A stretch of DNA of 64,000 bases from Candidatus Nealsonbacteria bacterium. GTDB taxonomy: Bacteria; Patescibacteriota; Minisyncoccia; Minisyncoccales; UBA6532. The position numbers and the translations under genes are program-made. This document shows, one piece after another, positions 1-9,523 of the stretch; position 1 is the first letter of the stretch, and each line of letters starts with the position of its first letter. The stretch covers positions 8,673-72,672 of the forward strand of contig JACPLN010000008.1 of NCBI GenBank assembly GCA_016186485.1. The letters run 5' to 3'. The notes below the pieces were generated by a model. That model searched no databases. It saw only the letters and a list, made by a program, of their open reading frames with translations, and was not told where the DNA came from.

Positions 1-905
1 CCTGCCTTTGCCAAAACCTGTCCCCTTTCCACATCTTCTTTCTTCAAACCTCTAAGCAATATTCCTACGTTATCTCCAGCTCTTCCTTCGTCCAAAATTT
101 TGTTGAACATCTCAATGCTGACAACGACTGTCTTGGCCGTCGGCTTAATGCCAACCAGCTCCACTTCTTCGTTTGACTTTACAATACCTCTTTCAATTCT
201 GCCGGTTGCAACGGTGCCTCGCCCTTCAATTGAAAAAACGTCTTCTATGGCCATCAAAAATGGCTTGGCAGTATCTCTAACCGGCTCTGGAATATATTCA
301 TCCAAAGCCTTTGCCAGTTCTAATATCGGCTTTACAGCTTCGTCGTCCGCTGTTTTAGCTTCAAGTGCTTTCAAAGCCGAACCCTTGATTATTGGAGTCT
401 GGTCTCCGGGATAATTGTATTTCTTTAGAAGCTCCCTAACTTCCGATTCAACCAATGCGATCATTTCCGGATCGTCAACCATATCAACCTTGTTCATAAA
501 TACAACTATTGACGGCAAGCCAACCTGCCTTGCAAGCAAAATATGCTCTCTCGTCTGAGGCATGGGGCCGTCCGGAGCAGAAACAACCAAAATAGCGCCG
601 TCCATCTGAGCGGCTCCGGTAATCATGTTTTTAATGTAGTCTGCGTGCCCCGGGCAATCAATATGAGCATAGTGCCTCTTTTCCGTTTCGTATTCCAAAT
701 GAGAAATGGAAATAGTAAGACCCCGGGCTTTTTCTTCCGGAGCGGCATCAATTTGGTCTACGTTTTTCTCCATCGCCTTAAAGCCCTTCAGCTTCAAAAC
801 ATGAAGAAGCGATGCCGTTAGGGTGGTTTTGCCATGGTCGACGTGTCCGATGGTGCCTACGTTAACGTGAGGCTTCAGTCTTTCGAATTTTGCTTTTTCA
901 GCCAT
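1..905 (-). CDS. tuf: Elongation factor Tu (3' end runs off the window)
   Basis: Not in the ORF track. Reverse-strand translation from 905 reads [28 protein letters not shown]...[16 protein letters not shown]; it follows fusA in the str operon. Confidence 0.97.
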   Translation of the reverse strand, partial: MAEKAKFERLKPHVNVGTIGHVDHGKTTLTASLLHVLKLKGFKAMEKNVDQIDAAPEEKARGLTISISHLEYETEKRHYAHIDCPGHADYIKNMITGAAQMDGAILVVSAPDGPMPQTREHILLARQVGLPSIVVFMNKVDMVDDPEMIALVESEVRELLKKYNYPGDQTPIIKGSALKALEAKTADDEAVKPILELAKALDEYIPEPVRDTAKPFLMAIEDVFSIEGRGTVATGRIERGIVKSNEEVELVGIKPTAKTVVVSIEMFNKILDEGRAGDNVGILLRGLKKEDVERGQVLAKA

Positions 906-976
906 AATTTTGTTTATTTTTATTTTTTTATTTATTTTATATACATTTATTATCTTATTACAACCTTTGGCGTTTG

Positions 977-1180
977 TCAAACTGGCAAGTCTTCAATTGT
1001 TAACTCTTCCAGTTTCTTGTTTGGGTTGTCCAGACCAAAACTTTCTTTGCTTTCTTTTTTGTTCAGCTTAACTTTGTACTCGTCAAAACCCGCCACTACC
1101 AAAGTAGGCTTGCCATTTTCAACAATAATAATTTTTCCGCCGTCTACCTCTATTATATCTTTTATTTCGTTTAAGTCCAT
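977..1180 (-). CDS. Small hypothetical protein (weak Phd/YefM-like '[13 protein letters not shown]' segment)
   Basis: 67-aa ORF co-oriented between fusA and tuf. Confidence 0.6.
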   Translation of the reverse strand: MDLNEIKDIIEVDGGKIIIVENGKPTLVVAGFDEYKVKLNKKESKESFGLDNPNKKLEELTIEDLPV

Positions 1181-1197
1181 AATTTAATTGAAGATTC

Positions 1198-3303
1198 TTA
1201 CTTTCTTTTTCCTTCAATTACCTCCTGAGCTATATTATGAGGCACCTCTTCATATTTGTCAAACTCCATTGTAAACGTTCCTCTGCCTTCTGTCATTGAC
1301 CTTAAAGCGGTTGCATAACCGAACATTTCAGACAAAGGAACCTTTGCCGAAATAACCTTGAGATTAATTCTGTCTGAAGTTTCTTCAATTCTCCCTCTTC
1401 TGGCATTTAAATCTCCGATTGCGTCTCCAAAGAAATCTGCGGGGACAATGGTTTCTACTTTCATTACGGGTTCCAACAAAACCGGTTTTGCCTTTTTTGC
1501 AGCCGCCTGAAAGGCCTGGGAACCCGCAATCTTAAAAGCTATTTCTGAAGAATCAACTTCGTGGTAAGAACCGTCATAAAGAATCACCTCTATATCAACC
1601 ATTGGATATCCGGCTACAACTCCTTTATCCTTTGCTTCTTTTACGCCTTTTTCAACCGCAGGAATAAATTCTTTCGGTATTACCCCTCCCTTAATTTCGT
1701 CAATAAATTCAAAACCTTTTCCTTTCTCTTTCGGCTTCACTCGAATCCAAACATGGCCATATTGCCCCCTGCCGCCAGACTGCTTTATGTATTTGCCTTC
1801 GGCTTCCGATTCGCCCAAAATAGTTTCCTTGTAGGCAACTTGAGGCCTTCCCACATTAGCTTCAACCTTGAATTCTCTCCTTAATCTGTCGGTAATAATT
1901 TCCAAATGCAATTCTCCCATTCCGGAAATGATTGTTTCAGCCGTTTCAAGGTCGCTTCTTATTCTAAACGTAGGGTCTTCCTCGGCTAGTTTTTTAAGGG
2001 CCATGCCCATCTTCTCCTGATCAGCCTTTGTCTTTGGCTCTATTCTAATAGAAATAACAGGTTCTGGAAAAATAATCTTTTCCAATAAAATAGGGTTGTT
2101 TTCGTCGCAAAGCGTATGGCCGGTAGAAGTATTCTTTAGGCCTACGGTTGCCGCGATGTCGCCGGAAAAAAGCTCGTCAACGTCTTCTCTGGAATTGGCG
2201 TGCATTCTTAAAAGCCTGCTGATTCTTTCTTTTTCTCCCGAAGTTGAATTTAAAAGATAGGAACCCTTTTTTAAGCTTCCGGAATAAACCCTGAAGAAAG
2301 TCAGGGTGCCAACGTAGGGATCTGAAGCAACCTTAAAAGCAAGGGCCGCGAAAGGCGCGTCGTCGCTTGCCTCCCTTGTTATTGTTTCCCCGGTTTTCGG
2401 ATCTATGCCCTGGATAGAAGGCAAATCAATCGGGCTTGGAAGATAATAAACTACCCCATCCAGCATTAGCTGTACCCCCTTGTTCTTCAGGGCGGAACCG
2501 GCAAAAACGGGAATTAGCCTGTAATTGATGGTTGCCTTCCTTAAAACCATCCTCAGTTCGTCAACGGTTGCTTCCTGTCCTGCAAGGTATTTTTCCATCA
2601 ATACTTCGTCTTCTGCAACGATTTTTTCAACCAAATTCTTGCGCCACTCCTTTGCCTTTTCTGCTAGATCCCGAGGTATCTCTGATTCTTTTATAACCTG
2701 GCCCAGATCTCCCTCAAAATTCAAAGCCTTCATTGTCAAAAGATCAATTACGCCTGAAAAATTGCTTTCGCTTCCAATTGGCAGCTGCAAAGCCAAGGCA
2801 TTCGGAGAAAGCTTTTTCAATATGGAATCAAGGCTTTTTTCAAAAGAAGCTCCGGTTCTGTCTAATTTGTTTATAAAACAGATCCTTGGAACTTTAAATT
2901 TGTCGGCTTGACGCCAAACAGTTTCTGATTGCGGCTCAACTCCGGCAACTCCGTCAAAAACAACCACTGCTCCGTCTAAAACTCTTAATGATCTTTGGAC
3001 TTCAGCGGTAAAATCAATATGGCCCGGGGTATCAATAATGTTTATCCTATACTCATTATCTTGTTTTTTTTCTTTGCCGAAAGGAGTCCAAAAACAGGTA
3101 GTGGCAGCGGCAGTAATTGTAATGCCTCTTTCTCTTTCCTGCTCCATCCAATCCATAATTGTAGTTCCCTCGTGGACCTCGCCTATTTTATGCGAAATTC
3201 CCGTGTAAAACAAAATTCGCTCGCTTACCGTTGTCTTGCCGGCGTCAATGTGAGCGATAATTCCAATGTCTCTGACTCTTTCTATCGGATACGATCTTGG
3301 CAT
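1198..3303 (-). CDS. fusA: Elongation factor G
   Basis: [17 protein letters not shown] and NKLD GTPase motifs; start moved to MPRSYP (3303) to avoid overlap with rpsG. Confidence 0.98.
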   Translation of the reverse strand: MPRSYPIERVRDIGIIAHIDAGKTTVSERILFYTGISHKIGEVHEGTTIMDWMEQERERGITITAAATTCFWTPFGKEKKQDNEYRINIIDTPGHIDFTAEVQRSLRVLDGAVVVFDGVAGVEPQSETVWRQADKFKVPRICFINKLDRTGASFEKSLDSILKKLSPNALALQLPIGSESNFSGVIDLLTMKALNFEGDLGQVIKESEIPRDLAEKAKEWRKNLVEKIVAEDEVLMEKYLAGQEATVDELRMVLRKATINYRLIPVFAGSALKNKGVQLMLDGVVYYLPSPIDLPSIQGIDPKTGETITREASDDAPFAALAFKVASDPYVGTLTFFRVYSGSLKKGSYLLNSTSGEKERISRLLRMHANSREDVDELFSGDIAATVGLKNTSTGHTLCDENNPILLEKIIFPEPVISIRIEPKTKADQEKMGMALKKLAEEDPTFRIRSDLETAETIISGMGELHLEIITDRLRREFKVEANVGRPQVAYKETILGESEAEGKYIKQSGGRGQYGHVWIRVKPKEKGKGFEFIDEIKGGVIPKEFIPAVEKGVKEAKDKGVVAGYPMVDIEVILYDGSYHEVDSSEIAFKIAGSQAFQAAAKKAKPVLLEPVMKVETIVPADFFGDAIGDLNARRGRIEETSDRINLKVISAKVPLSEMFGYATALRSMTEGRGTFTMEFDKYEEVPHNIAQEVIEGKRK

Positions 3304-3310
3304 ATTTTTA

Positions 3311-3781
3311 TCACCAGGCGAAATGGGCAAAAGCCCTATTGGCTTCCGCCATTCTGTGGGTGTCTTCTTTTTTCTTTACTGCCGATCCCGTGTTATTAGC
3401 CGCGTCAATCAGCTCCTGGGCTAATTTTTCTCTCATCGGCTTGCCTTTCTTTGATTTGGCGGCATTAATTATCCAGCGCATCGCCAAACTGTTTTTTCTT
3501 TCCGGTATTACAGGGGTTGGAACCTGGTATGTCGCCCCCCCTATTCTCCTTGGCCTAACTTCCAGCAATGGAGAAGTATTTCTCATCGCAGCTTCAAAAA
3601 TTTCTACCGGCTCTTTTTTGGTTTTTTCTTTTACAATGTTAAAGGCTCCGTAGACAATTTTCCTGGCTATGTTTTTTTTGCCCCGCCTCATCAAGGAATT
3701 GATAAGTTTTGAAACTCCGGTATTTTTATAAATTGGATCGGGGGCTAATTCGCGTTTTTCTTTTTTCTTGCGCCTTGCCAT
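3311..3781 (-). CDS. rpsG: 30S ribosomal protein S7
   Basis: [24 protein letters not shown]. Confidence 0.98.
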   Translation of the reverse strand: MARRKKKEKRELAPDPIYKNTGVSKLINSLMRRGKKNIARKIVYGAFNIVKEKTKKEPVEIFEAAMRNTSPLLEVRPRRIGGATYQVPTPVIPERKNSLAMRWIINAAKSKKGKPMREKLAQELIDAANNTGSAVKKKEDTHRMAEANRAFAHFAW

Positions 3782-3783
3782 AG

Positions 3784-4194
3784 TTACTTTGCCTTTTTAG
3801 CGCCGTACTTTGACCTTTCTTGTTTTCTTCCTTCAACTCCTGCCGTATCCAGCATGCCCCTAACAACATGGTATCTTACCCCGGGCAAATCCTTTACTCT
3901 TCCGCCCCTGACCAAAACTATTGAGTGCTCCTGCAGATTGTGGCCCTCTCCCGGTATGTAAGCCGTAATTTCCATGCCATTGGTCAATCTGACCCTGGCT
4001 ACCTTTCTCAAGGCGGAATTGGGCTTTTTGGGGGTGGTGGTAAAAACTTTTAAGCATACTCCTCTTTTGAAAGGAGAAAAATAATCTTTAGGCCTGTCTT
4101 TTTTCGTATTAAAACCAAAAGTCAGGGCCTTAGCCTTAGGCTTCTTTTTTCCGGTCTTTCTTCCTTTTTTGATTAATTGATGGATAGTTGGCAT
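3784..4194 (-). CDS. rpsL: 30S ribosomal protein S12
   Basis: [29 protein letters not shown]. Confidence 0.98.
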   Translation of the reverse strand: MPTIHQLIKKGRKTGKKKPKAKALTFGFNTKKDRPKDYFSPFKRGVCLKVFTTTPKKPNSALRKVARVRLTNGMEITAYIPGEGHNLQEHSIVLVRGGRVKDLPGVRYHVVRGMLDTAGVEGRKQERSKYGAKKAK

Positions 4195-4195
4195 A

Positions 4196-4339
4196 CCCCG
4201 TAGTAGAAATTCGACAACGAGTTATAATTTCGCAAAAATTCATTGTCGTTTTTTATCGTAAATTAGATATATTTAGATAATGCCCCGGAGTCTATTTCTA
4301 TCATAACTCGTCAAGAAATGTCGAATTTTCACTACGGGG
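4196..4339. mobile_element. Miniature inverted-repeat element, CCCCGTAG family, copy 1 (144 bp)
   Basis: 21-bp terminal inverted repeats (19/21 match) CCCCGTAGTAGAAATTCGACA / TGTCGAATTTTCACTACGGGG, flanked by direct repeat CATA (4192-4195, 4340-4343). Confidence 0.8.
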
Positions 4340-4402
4340 CATAAAAAACGAAAGCGCAGAGCGCTCATCATTAATTTAACAAATCGTAAAACCGGTGTCA
4401 AA

Positions 4403-4464
4403 CCCCGATAGTAGATTTTGGACTTACTCCGTAAAATGAAATTTGTCCAAAATTCACTACGGGG
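4403..4464. mobile_element. Miniature inverted-repeat element, CCCCGTAG family, copy 2 (62 bp)
   Basis: CCCCGATAGTAGATTTTGGAC ... GTCCAAAATTCACTACGGGG flanked by direct repeat TCAAA. Confidence 0.75.
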
Positions 4465-4492
4465 TCAAACAAAAAAGGCATACAAAGATGCC

Positions 4493-5317
4493 TTATAGTA
4501 TTATGAACGGGATGGCAATGAGCGACACTACCAAAAATATGGTTACTAAGCTTGCAACGCCGGTTATTATATCTTTGGTTCTATATACGTTTACTATGTC
4601 CGACTTACCGTTATGTATCACATGATCGAGAACAAGTACCAGAATTAAGGCAAATGTATTGAATATTCTTCCTCCGTCTAGAGAACCAATAGGCAAAGCG
4701 TTAAATATGGCTAAGCTAAGATTGACAAGAATAATCACGAAAAACAGAGAAAATACTGCTTCATTTGCTCCCAGGAACGCCCGGTTTAAAAGAAGGCCGG
4801 GTATTGCGAGCAGGGCAACAACAAAGTTACTTACAATGCCCGCTGACGACACTTTAATTTGATCCTTAAATCCTTTCTCAATGAGCGAAAGTTCATCAAT
4901 CTCGCAGAAAGCTCCGATTGGAAATCCTAAAAACAACATTAGTCCCATTGATCGTACTCCGACCCCAACTGACCTTGCCGCCACGCCATGCGACAACTCA
5001 TGAACAGCTATGGCTATTATTATGGCTATCCAGCCAGAAAAAATCGGTAGGAAAGGATTCAGCCCGGGAATCAGCAACGATGACTGGACTCCCGCCTTTT
5101 TGACTTGCTCTAAAAGAACTGAATCAGAGAAAAAGCCGAAGATCTGGTAAATAATCAAGTACAGCCCTCCTATCATCAAAAGAGGGACAACTAACACCCA
5201 AAGCCAGTTTAAGGACCTAATAACCTTTATCCTACTCAGCCTTTCTATGAATCCCAACCCCCTTTTGGTTCTAATAAAAATCAGGGGAATCCTTAACTCA
5301 ACAGTCTTTTCTGTCAA
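4493..5317 (-). CDS. Site-2 protease (M50 family metallopeptidase)
   Basis: HELSH zinc motif, GAFCE, NALPIGSLDGG; TTG start 7 nt after an AGGTGA SD. Confidence 0.88.
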   Translation of the reverse strand: MTEKTVELRIPLIFIRTKRGLGFIERLSRIKVIRSLNWLWVLVVPLLMIGGLYLIIYQIFGFFSDSVLLEQVKKAGVQSSLLIPGLNPFLPIFSGWIAIIIAIAVHELSHGVAARSVGVGVRSMGLMLFLGFPIGAFCEIDELSLIEKGFKDQIKVSSAGIVSNFVVALLAIPGLLLNRAFLGANEAVFSLFFVIILVNLSLAIFNALPIGSLDGGRIFNTFALILVLVLDHVIHNGKSDIVNVYRTKDIITGVASLVTIFLVVSLIAIPFIIL

Positions 5318-5409
5318 TCGCCATTCACCTATTTTTTAAGAAGCTAAGATGTTTATAGCAGAAATTAAAAGAGGTGTCAATGCCTTATTTTTCTTTAGCA
5401 AGCTTAATA

Positions 5410-6048
5410 TCAAAAAATGGGCAGCTGTCCGGTTGTTAGGACGTAAAGAAACAAAGCGCCGAAAGAAACCAATTGGATTCCTCCCAAAAAAAAGATTAAA
5501 AAGATAAGAATGAAAAATCCGTACTGCGACATTATGACTTTCAATTTCCAAAACCTGTCCGGTAAAATAGAGAATAATAGATGGGAACCGTCTAGGGGCG
5601 GGATAGGAAGCAAATTAAACAAGGCTAAAAGAAAATTCATAATGACAATAATGCTGAAAAGGTAAAGCAAGGGAAGGGGCAAGGGAAGAAACCTTATCAA
5701 AAGCCCGAAGAAAACTGCCAGTAAGATATTGGAAAGAGGCCCCGCCAAAGCCACTTTTACGCTATCCCATCTTGGATTCTTAAAATTGTTTGGATTTATA
5801 GGAACCGGTTTTGCCCAGCCAAAAATTAAACCCTGCCCTGTTATGCTTGCAAAAAATACGAGCATAAGCGGAAAAATTACAGAACCAAAAAGATCTAAAT
5901 GGGCGATTGGATTTAAAGTAAGGCGGCCGGCGTATTTTGCGGTTTGGTCGCCCAGAGCCAAAGCAACCGTGCCGTGAGAAAGCTCGTGGATAATAACCGA
6001 AAACAGCAGAACTATTAAAGAAAATATGATAGTAATCTCTATTGGCAT
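5410..6048 (-). CDS. Site-2 protease (M50 family, YwhC-like)
   Basis: HELSHG, GRLTLNPIAHLD, FGWAKPVP, AGPLSN, NLLPIPPLDG. Confidence 0.93.
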   Translation of the reverse strand: MPIEITIIFSLIVLLFSVIIHELSHGTVALALGDQTAKYAGRLTLNPIAHLDLFGSVIFPLMLVFFASITGQGLIFGWAKPVPINPNNFKNPRWDSVKVALAGPLSNILLAVFFGLLIRFLPLPLPLLYLFSIIVIMNFLLALFNLLPIPPLDGSHLLFSILPDRFWKLKVIMSQYGFFILIFLIFFLGGIQLVSFGALFLYVLTTGQLPIF

Positions 6049-6081
6049 AATAATTAATATATGCTAGCATTTATAATATAT

Positions 6082-6303
6082 ATGGCAAAAGAATGCGCAA
6101 TCTGCGCCAAAAAAGGAGTAAGGGTCTGGAGGCTGGTAAAACTTCGCGGCAAATACAACCCCACTGTCAAAAGATTAAAAAAACCCAATTTGCAATGGGT
6201 TCATTTAGCATCGGGCGTAAAGCCCCGTGGGGGCCACGCCCCTCTACGGGGAAAAAGAGTGAAAGCCTGCGCTAAATGCATCAAGGCAATGAGCAAGCTC
6301 TAA
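6082..6303 (+). CDS. rpmB: 50S ribosomal protein L28 (Zn-binding type) with a probable internal insertion
   Basis: CxxC...PNLQ...CxxC(IK) pattern; very basic; start taken as MAKEC. Confidence 0.85.
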   Translation: MAKECAICAKKGVRVWRLVKLRGKYNPTVKRLKKPNLQWVHLASGVKPRGGHAPLRGKRVKACAKCIKAMSKL

Positions 6304-6309
6304 TAGAAA

Positions 6310-6381
6310 CGGGGTATAGTATAACGGTTATTATGCAGGGCTGGGGGTCCTGTGACCTCGGTTCAACTCCGAGTACCCCGA
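6310..6381 (+). tRNA. tRNA-Pro(GGG)
   Basis: Acceptor CGGGGTA/TACCCCG, anticodon arm CAGGG-CTGGGGG-TCCTG, T-arm GGTTCAACTCC. Confidence 0.9.
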
Positions 6382-6409
6382 CTGCTTTAAATTTGGCGGA
6401 AAATAAAAA

Positions 6410-6547
6410 GGCCCTACTTGCCCCCGCTAAGAAAATCTCTGTTAAAAATCTAGGTGGGCGCCCTCACCAAGCCGCCACGGCGGCTTGAAATTTTAGGCTC
6501 CCTTAAAATGGTTATCACAGAATCTAGTAAAGGGTCTTTGTAGGACC
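6410..6547 (-). ncRNA. ssrS: Probable compact 6S RNA
   Basis: The minus strand folds into a rod: GGTCCTAC/GTAGGGCC closing stem and CAAGCCGCC-GT-GGCGGCTTG apical hairpin. It contains GGGAGCC and GAGGGCGCCCACCT, resembling the conserved Firmicute 6S motifs. TGcTATAAT lies just upstream. Confidence 0.65.
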
Positions 6548-6588
6548 ACTTTCATTATAGCAAAAACACGCGTCAAGGCAAATTATTT

Positions 6589-7188
6589 CTAAAACATTAT
6601 ATCCTCTTCGGCTCTTTTGTAATCGTTTATTTCTTCTGGAGCAAACCAAAAATTAATTTCGTGCTCTGCTTCCTCCGGGGTTTCTGAAGCATGGACTATA
6701 TTGTGTATTCCCCTCTTATCTCTGTTCGCGGCAGTGGCGTCGTCAACGGAAAAATCGCCGCGTATAGTTCCCATTTCGGCGTCAGCCGGCATGGTAGCCC
6801 CGGCAATCTTCCTGACCATATTAACGGCATGAATTCCTCTTACCACCATTTTTACCAAAGGGCCTGAAGTCATATAATCCATTAGCCATCCCCTGACTAT
6901 CTTGCCTATTTCAAACGGATCTTCGCTCCCAAACTCTTTTTTGGGATCTGCGCCGTAGGTTTGGTAATTCTTTATGGTTTTTTGCCCAATTCTGGTAATC
7001 CAGGCCTCGTCCTTTGGATAGTGCTCATCAATCTGATCTTTTTTGGGCTGGAACATTTCCAAGGCAATAACTTTTAACCCCCGTCTTTCAAAACGGGAAA
7101 TAATTTCTCCAATCAAACCGCGCTTGACGCCGTCCGGCTTTATGAGAACGACTGTTTTTTCTTCTTTTGGATGTTGTGTTACGGCCAT
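6589..7188 (-). CDS. ndk: Nucleoside diphosphate kinase
   Basis: LIKPDGVKRGLIGEIISRFE, GTIRGDF, NIVHASE. Confidence 0.96.
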   Translation of the reverse strand: MAVTQHPKEEKTVVLIKPDGVKRGLIGEIISRFERRGLKVIALEMFQPKKDQIDEHYPKDEAWITRIGQKTIKNYQTYGADPKKEFGSEDPFEIGKIVRGWLMDYMTSGPLVKMVVRGIHAVNMVRKIAGATMPADAEMGTIRGDFSVDDATAANRDKRGIHNIVHASETPEEAEHEINFWFAPEEINDYKRAEEDIMF

Positions 7189-7264
7189 ATATTATATGTA
7201 TATCACCAGCGCAAGAAATTGACAAATATAAGCATAAAGATTATATTTTAGCCAGATCTTCAAA

Positions 7265-7687
7265 ATGAAAATATTCCTGATTTCTCCGGTTAGAGGAATT
7301 ACCGATGGAGAGCTTGGAAGAGTAAATCGTTACGAAAAGAAATTAAGACAACAGGGGCACAGCGTTCACCTGCCAATAAGAGACACAAACCAAGATGACC
7401 CCATTGGCCTTCGTATATGTCAAGACAACAGAAGGGCCATTAAAGAATCTGACGAAATCCACATTTGGTGGTCGGAAAAATCCCAGGGGTCTCTGTTTGA
7501 CTTTGGTATGGCTTTTATGGCCCAGCTTTTTCTTCCGAAGATAAGAATTGTTTTGGCGAACCCGAAAGACACAATGCCCACGCCAATCAAAAGCTTTAAC
7601 AACGTATTACTCACCTTGCATGGGATAGACCTCAAACCCTATTTATTAATGCTGGCGGTGAAAAAAGATGAAGGTAAAATCCGTTAA
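7265..7687 (+). CDS. Nucleoside 2-deoxyribosyltransferase-like protein
   Basis: KIFLISPV start, AIKESDEI, SQGSLFDFGMA, resembling the S.G...E.G.A motif. Confidence 0.55.
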   Translation: MKIFLISPVRGITDGELGRVNRYEKKLRQQGHSVHLPIRDTNQDDPIGLRICQDNRRAIKESDEIHIWWSEKSQGSLFDFGMAFMAQLFLPKIRIVLANPKDTMPTPIKSFNNVLLTLHGIDLKPYLLMLAVKKDEGKIR

Positions 7688-8147
7688 GGATTCAATGATT
7701 GAAACCCAGTTTTATTCAGTGAAGCCTACCGACCTTAATGCTTTGGAAACAATATACGGCGGAAAAATAGTAGACCTTATTGACTCTCTTGCAGCGATTA
7801 TTGCCAGACGCCATTCTGGAAAAACATGCGTTACTGCCTCAATGGACAGCATTGACTTCGTTCGGCCGGCAAAATCAGGAGATCTCTTAGTGCTAAAAAC
7901 GGCTATCAATAAGGTTTGGGACACCTCTTGTGAAATAGGGGTAAAAATATTCGTAGAAAACCAGGAAACAAAAGCAAGAAAGCATCTCGCCTCGGCTTAT
8001 TTAACTTTTGTAGCCCTGGACGAAAATGGAAGACCGACCCCAATGCCAAAAATCATTCTTAAAACCAAAGAGGAAAAAAGAAGATTTAGGGAAGCCGAGG
8101 ATAGGAGGAAAATAAGGCTTGCAAGAAAAACAAAGATTCGAGAATAA
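7668..8147 (+). CDS. Acyl-CoA thioesterase (hotdog fold, YciA-like)
   Basis: PTDLNALETIYGG, VTASMDSIDF, TFVALDENGRPTP. Confidence 0.9.
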   Translation: MKVKSVKDSMIETQFYSVKPTDLNALETIYGGKIVDLIDSLAAIIARRHSGKTCVTASMDSIDFVRPAKSGDLLVLKTAINKVWDTSCEIGVKIFVENQETKARKHLASAYLTFVALDENGRPTPMPKIILKTKEEKRRFREAEDRRKIRLARKTKIRE

Positions 8148-8158
8148 CTCGAATCTTT

Positions 8159-9031
8159 TTATTCTATCTCGTGACTTGCGCCGTCGCTTATAATCTTAAT
8201 GTCGCCGTCTTGGTCTGTTCTTAAAATTTCAATTCCAGAAAGAGTTTCTAAAGTTTCCTGGTGGGGATGCCCGTATTTGTTGTCTTTGCCGACGGAAATG
8301 ACAGCGACTTCCGGGCTGACCGCCCCAATAAACTCCGGGGCCGTTGACGTCTTACTGCCGTGGTGCCCTACTTTCAAAACATCCGAATCGAGCTGTTGCC
8401 AAGTCTGACTTGGCTGTTGCTTGGCCCGGCCGAGCAATTGTCTTTCAATAGATTTGTAGGCGTCGCCGGTGAATAGAAAAGAGGTTTCTCCAAAAACAAG
8501 CTTGATAATTACTGAAGTGTTGTTGCTGTCTTTAAATTCTTGCCCCTCCAAGCTTTCAAAAGGATGCAGAACTTCACAATGGCAAACATCAATTTTTTGG
8601 CCTGCCTGAGCAATTATAATTTTGGCGTTTTCTTTGTTTAAAACTTTTACCCACTCCTTATATTCTTCGGTATCCCTGACAACTCCCGTCCACAAAACGT
8701 TTTTAACTTCATATCTTTTTAATACCTCAATAAGCCCGGCAACATGGTCATGTTCCGGGTGGCTCAAAATGACTAAGTCAATCGTTCTGTCCCAAAAAGG
8801 CATTTCTTTTCCGAGTTTCTCCAGAACAGCGGAGGTCGGACCTCCGTCAATTAAAGTTTGCCATCTTTCCGGAGTTTCAATGAAAATCGCATCCCCCTGG
8901 CCAACATCAAAGAAGGTGACTTCGAGAAGCTGGGGTTTTGCAAACTCAAAAGCCGCAACCCAGGCTAAAATATTAAGACAGAATAAAACAGCTAAAATTC
9001 CAAAGATAACAAAAACAGGATTTTTTTTCAT
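8159..9031 (-). CDS. ComEC/Rec2-type metallo-beta-lactamase domain protein
   Basis: FFDVGQGD, SHPEHDH, FTGD, KVGHHGS, NKYGHP; N-terminal TM helix; start taken as MKKNP. Confidence 0.92.
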   Translation of the reverse strand: MKKNPVFVIFGILAVLFCLNILAWVAAFEFAKPQLLEVTFFDVGQGDAIFIETPERWQTLIDGGPTSAVLEKLGKEMPFWDRTIDLVILSHPEHDHVAGLIEVLKRYEVKNVLWTGVVRDTEEYKEWVKVLNKENAKIIIAQAGQKIDVCHCEVLHPFESLEGQEFKDSNNTSVIIKLVFGETSFLFTGDAYKSIERQLLGRAKQQPSQTWQQLDSDVLKVGHHGSKTSTAPEFIGAVSPEVAVISVGKDNKYGHPHQETLETLSGIEILRTDQDGDIKIISDGASHEIE

Positions 9032-9129
9032 TTTTACTAAACCTAGCTTAGCATAATCCAGCCCCCGCAAAAACTTGACAAATTATTGACTAAGAGTAAA
9101 ATCTATCCTGTGGGGCAGGCGAAATAAAA

Positions 9130-9414
9130 GTGGAGATTAAGATAAGTAGAGGAATAGAAGGAAGCAGTGACTTTGTAGTAATAAGCACACTTCAACGTTT
9201 TCTTAAGAATGCAATCAAGAAAGCAGAAATGGAAAGAGAAATGGAAAGAGACGAAAGACAGGAGCAACTTAAGATACTAATCTTATGGGAAAAGTGTCTT
9301 AATAACATTTGTGAAGAAACTCATATAGCCGATCATGAACAAAGGTCAACTAAAAAAAGTTTTGAGTTCTTATTCGGAAAGACCTACAATATACAAAAAA
9401 TGATTCCTGCCTAA
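9130..9414 (+). CDS. Hypothetical protein
   Basis: ORF preceded by TTGACA...TAAAAT and followed by a hairpin/U-tract. Confidence 0.55.
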   Translation: MEIKISRGIEGSSDFVVISTLQRFLKNAIKKAEMEREMERDERQEQLKILILWEKCLNNICEETHIADHEQRSTKKSFEFLFGKTYNIQKMIPA

Positions 9415-9429
9415 AGATAATTATTAATA

Positions 9430-9461
9430 GGAAGAACCATATGGTTCTTCCTCTTTTTTTT
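9430..9461 (+). terminator. Intrinsic terminator
   Basis: GGAAGAACCA-TA-TGGTTCTTCC followed by a T-run. Confidence 0.75.
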
Positions 9462-9523
9462 CTCCGCCCCTCTACTACTTGACAGTAATAGGATATTATG
9501 ATATAAACCAATGAGATGGTGTC

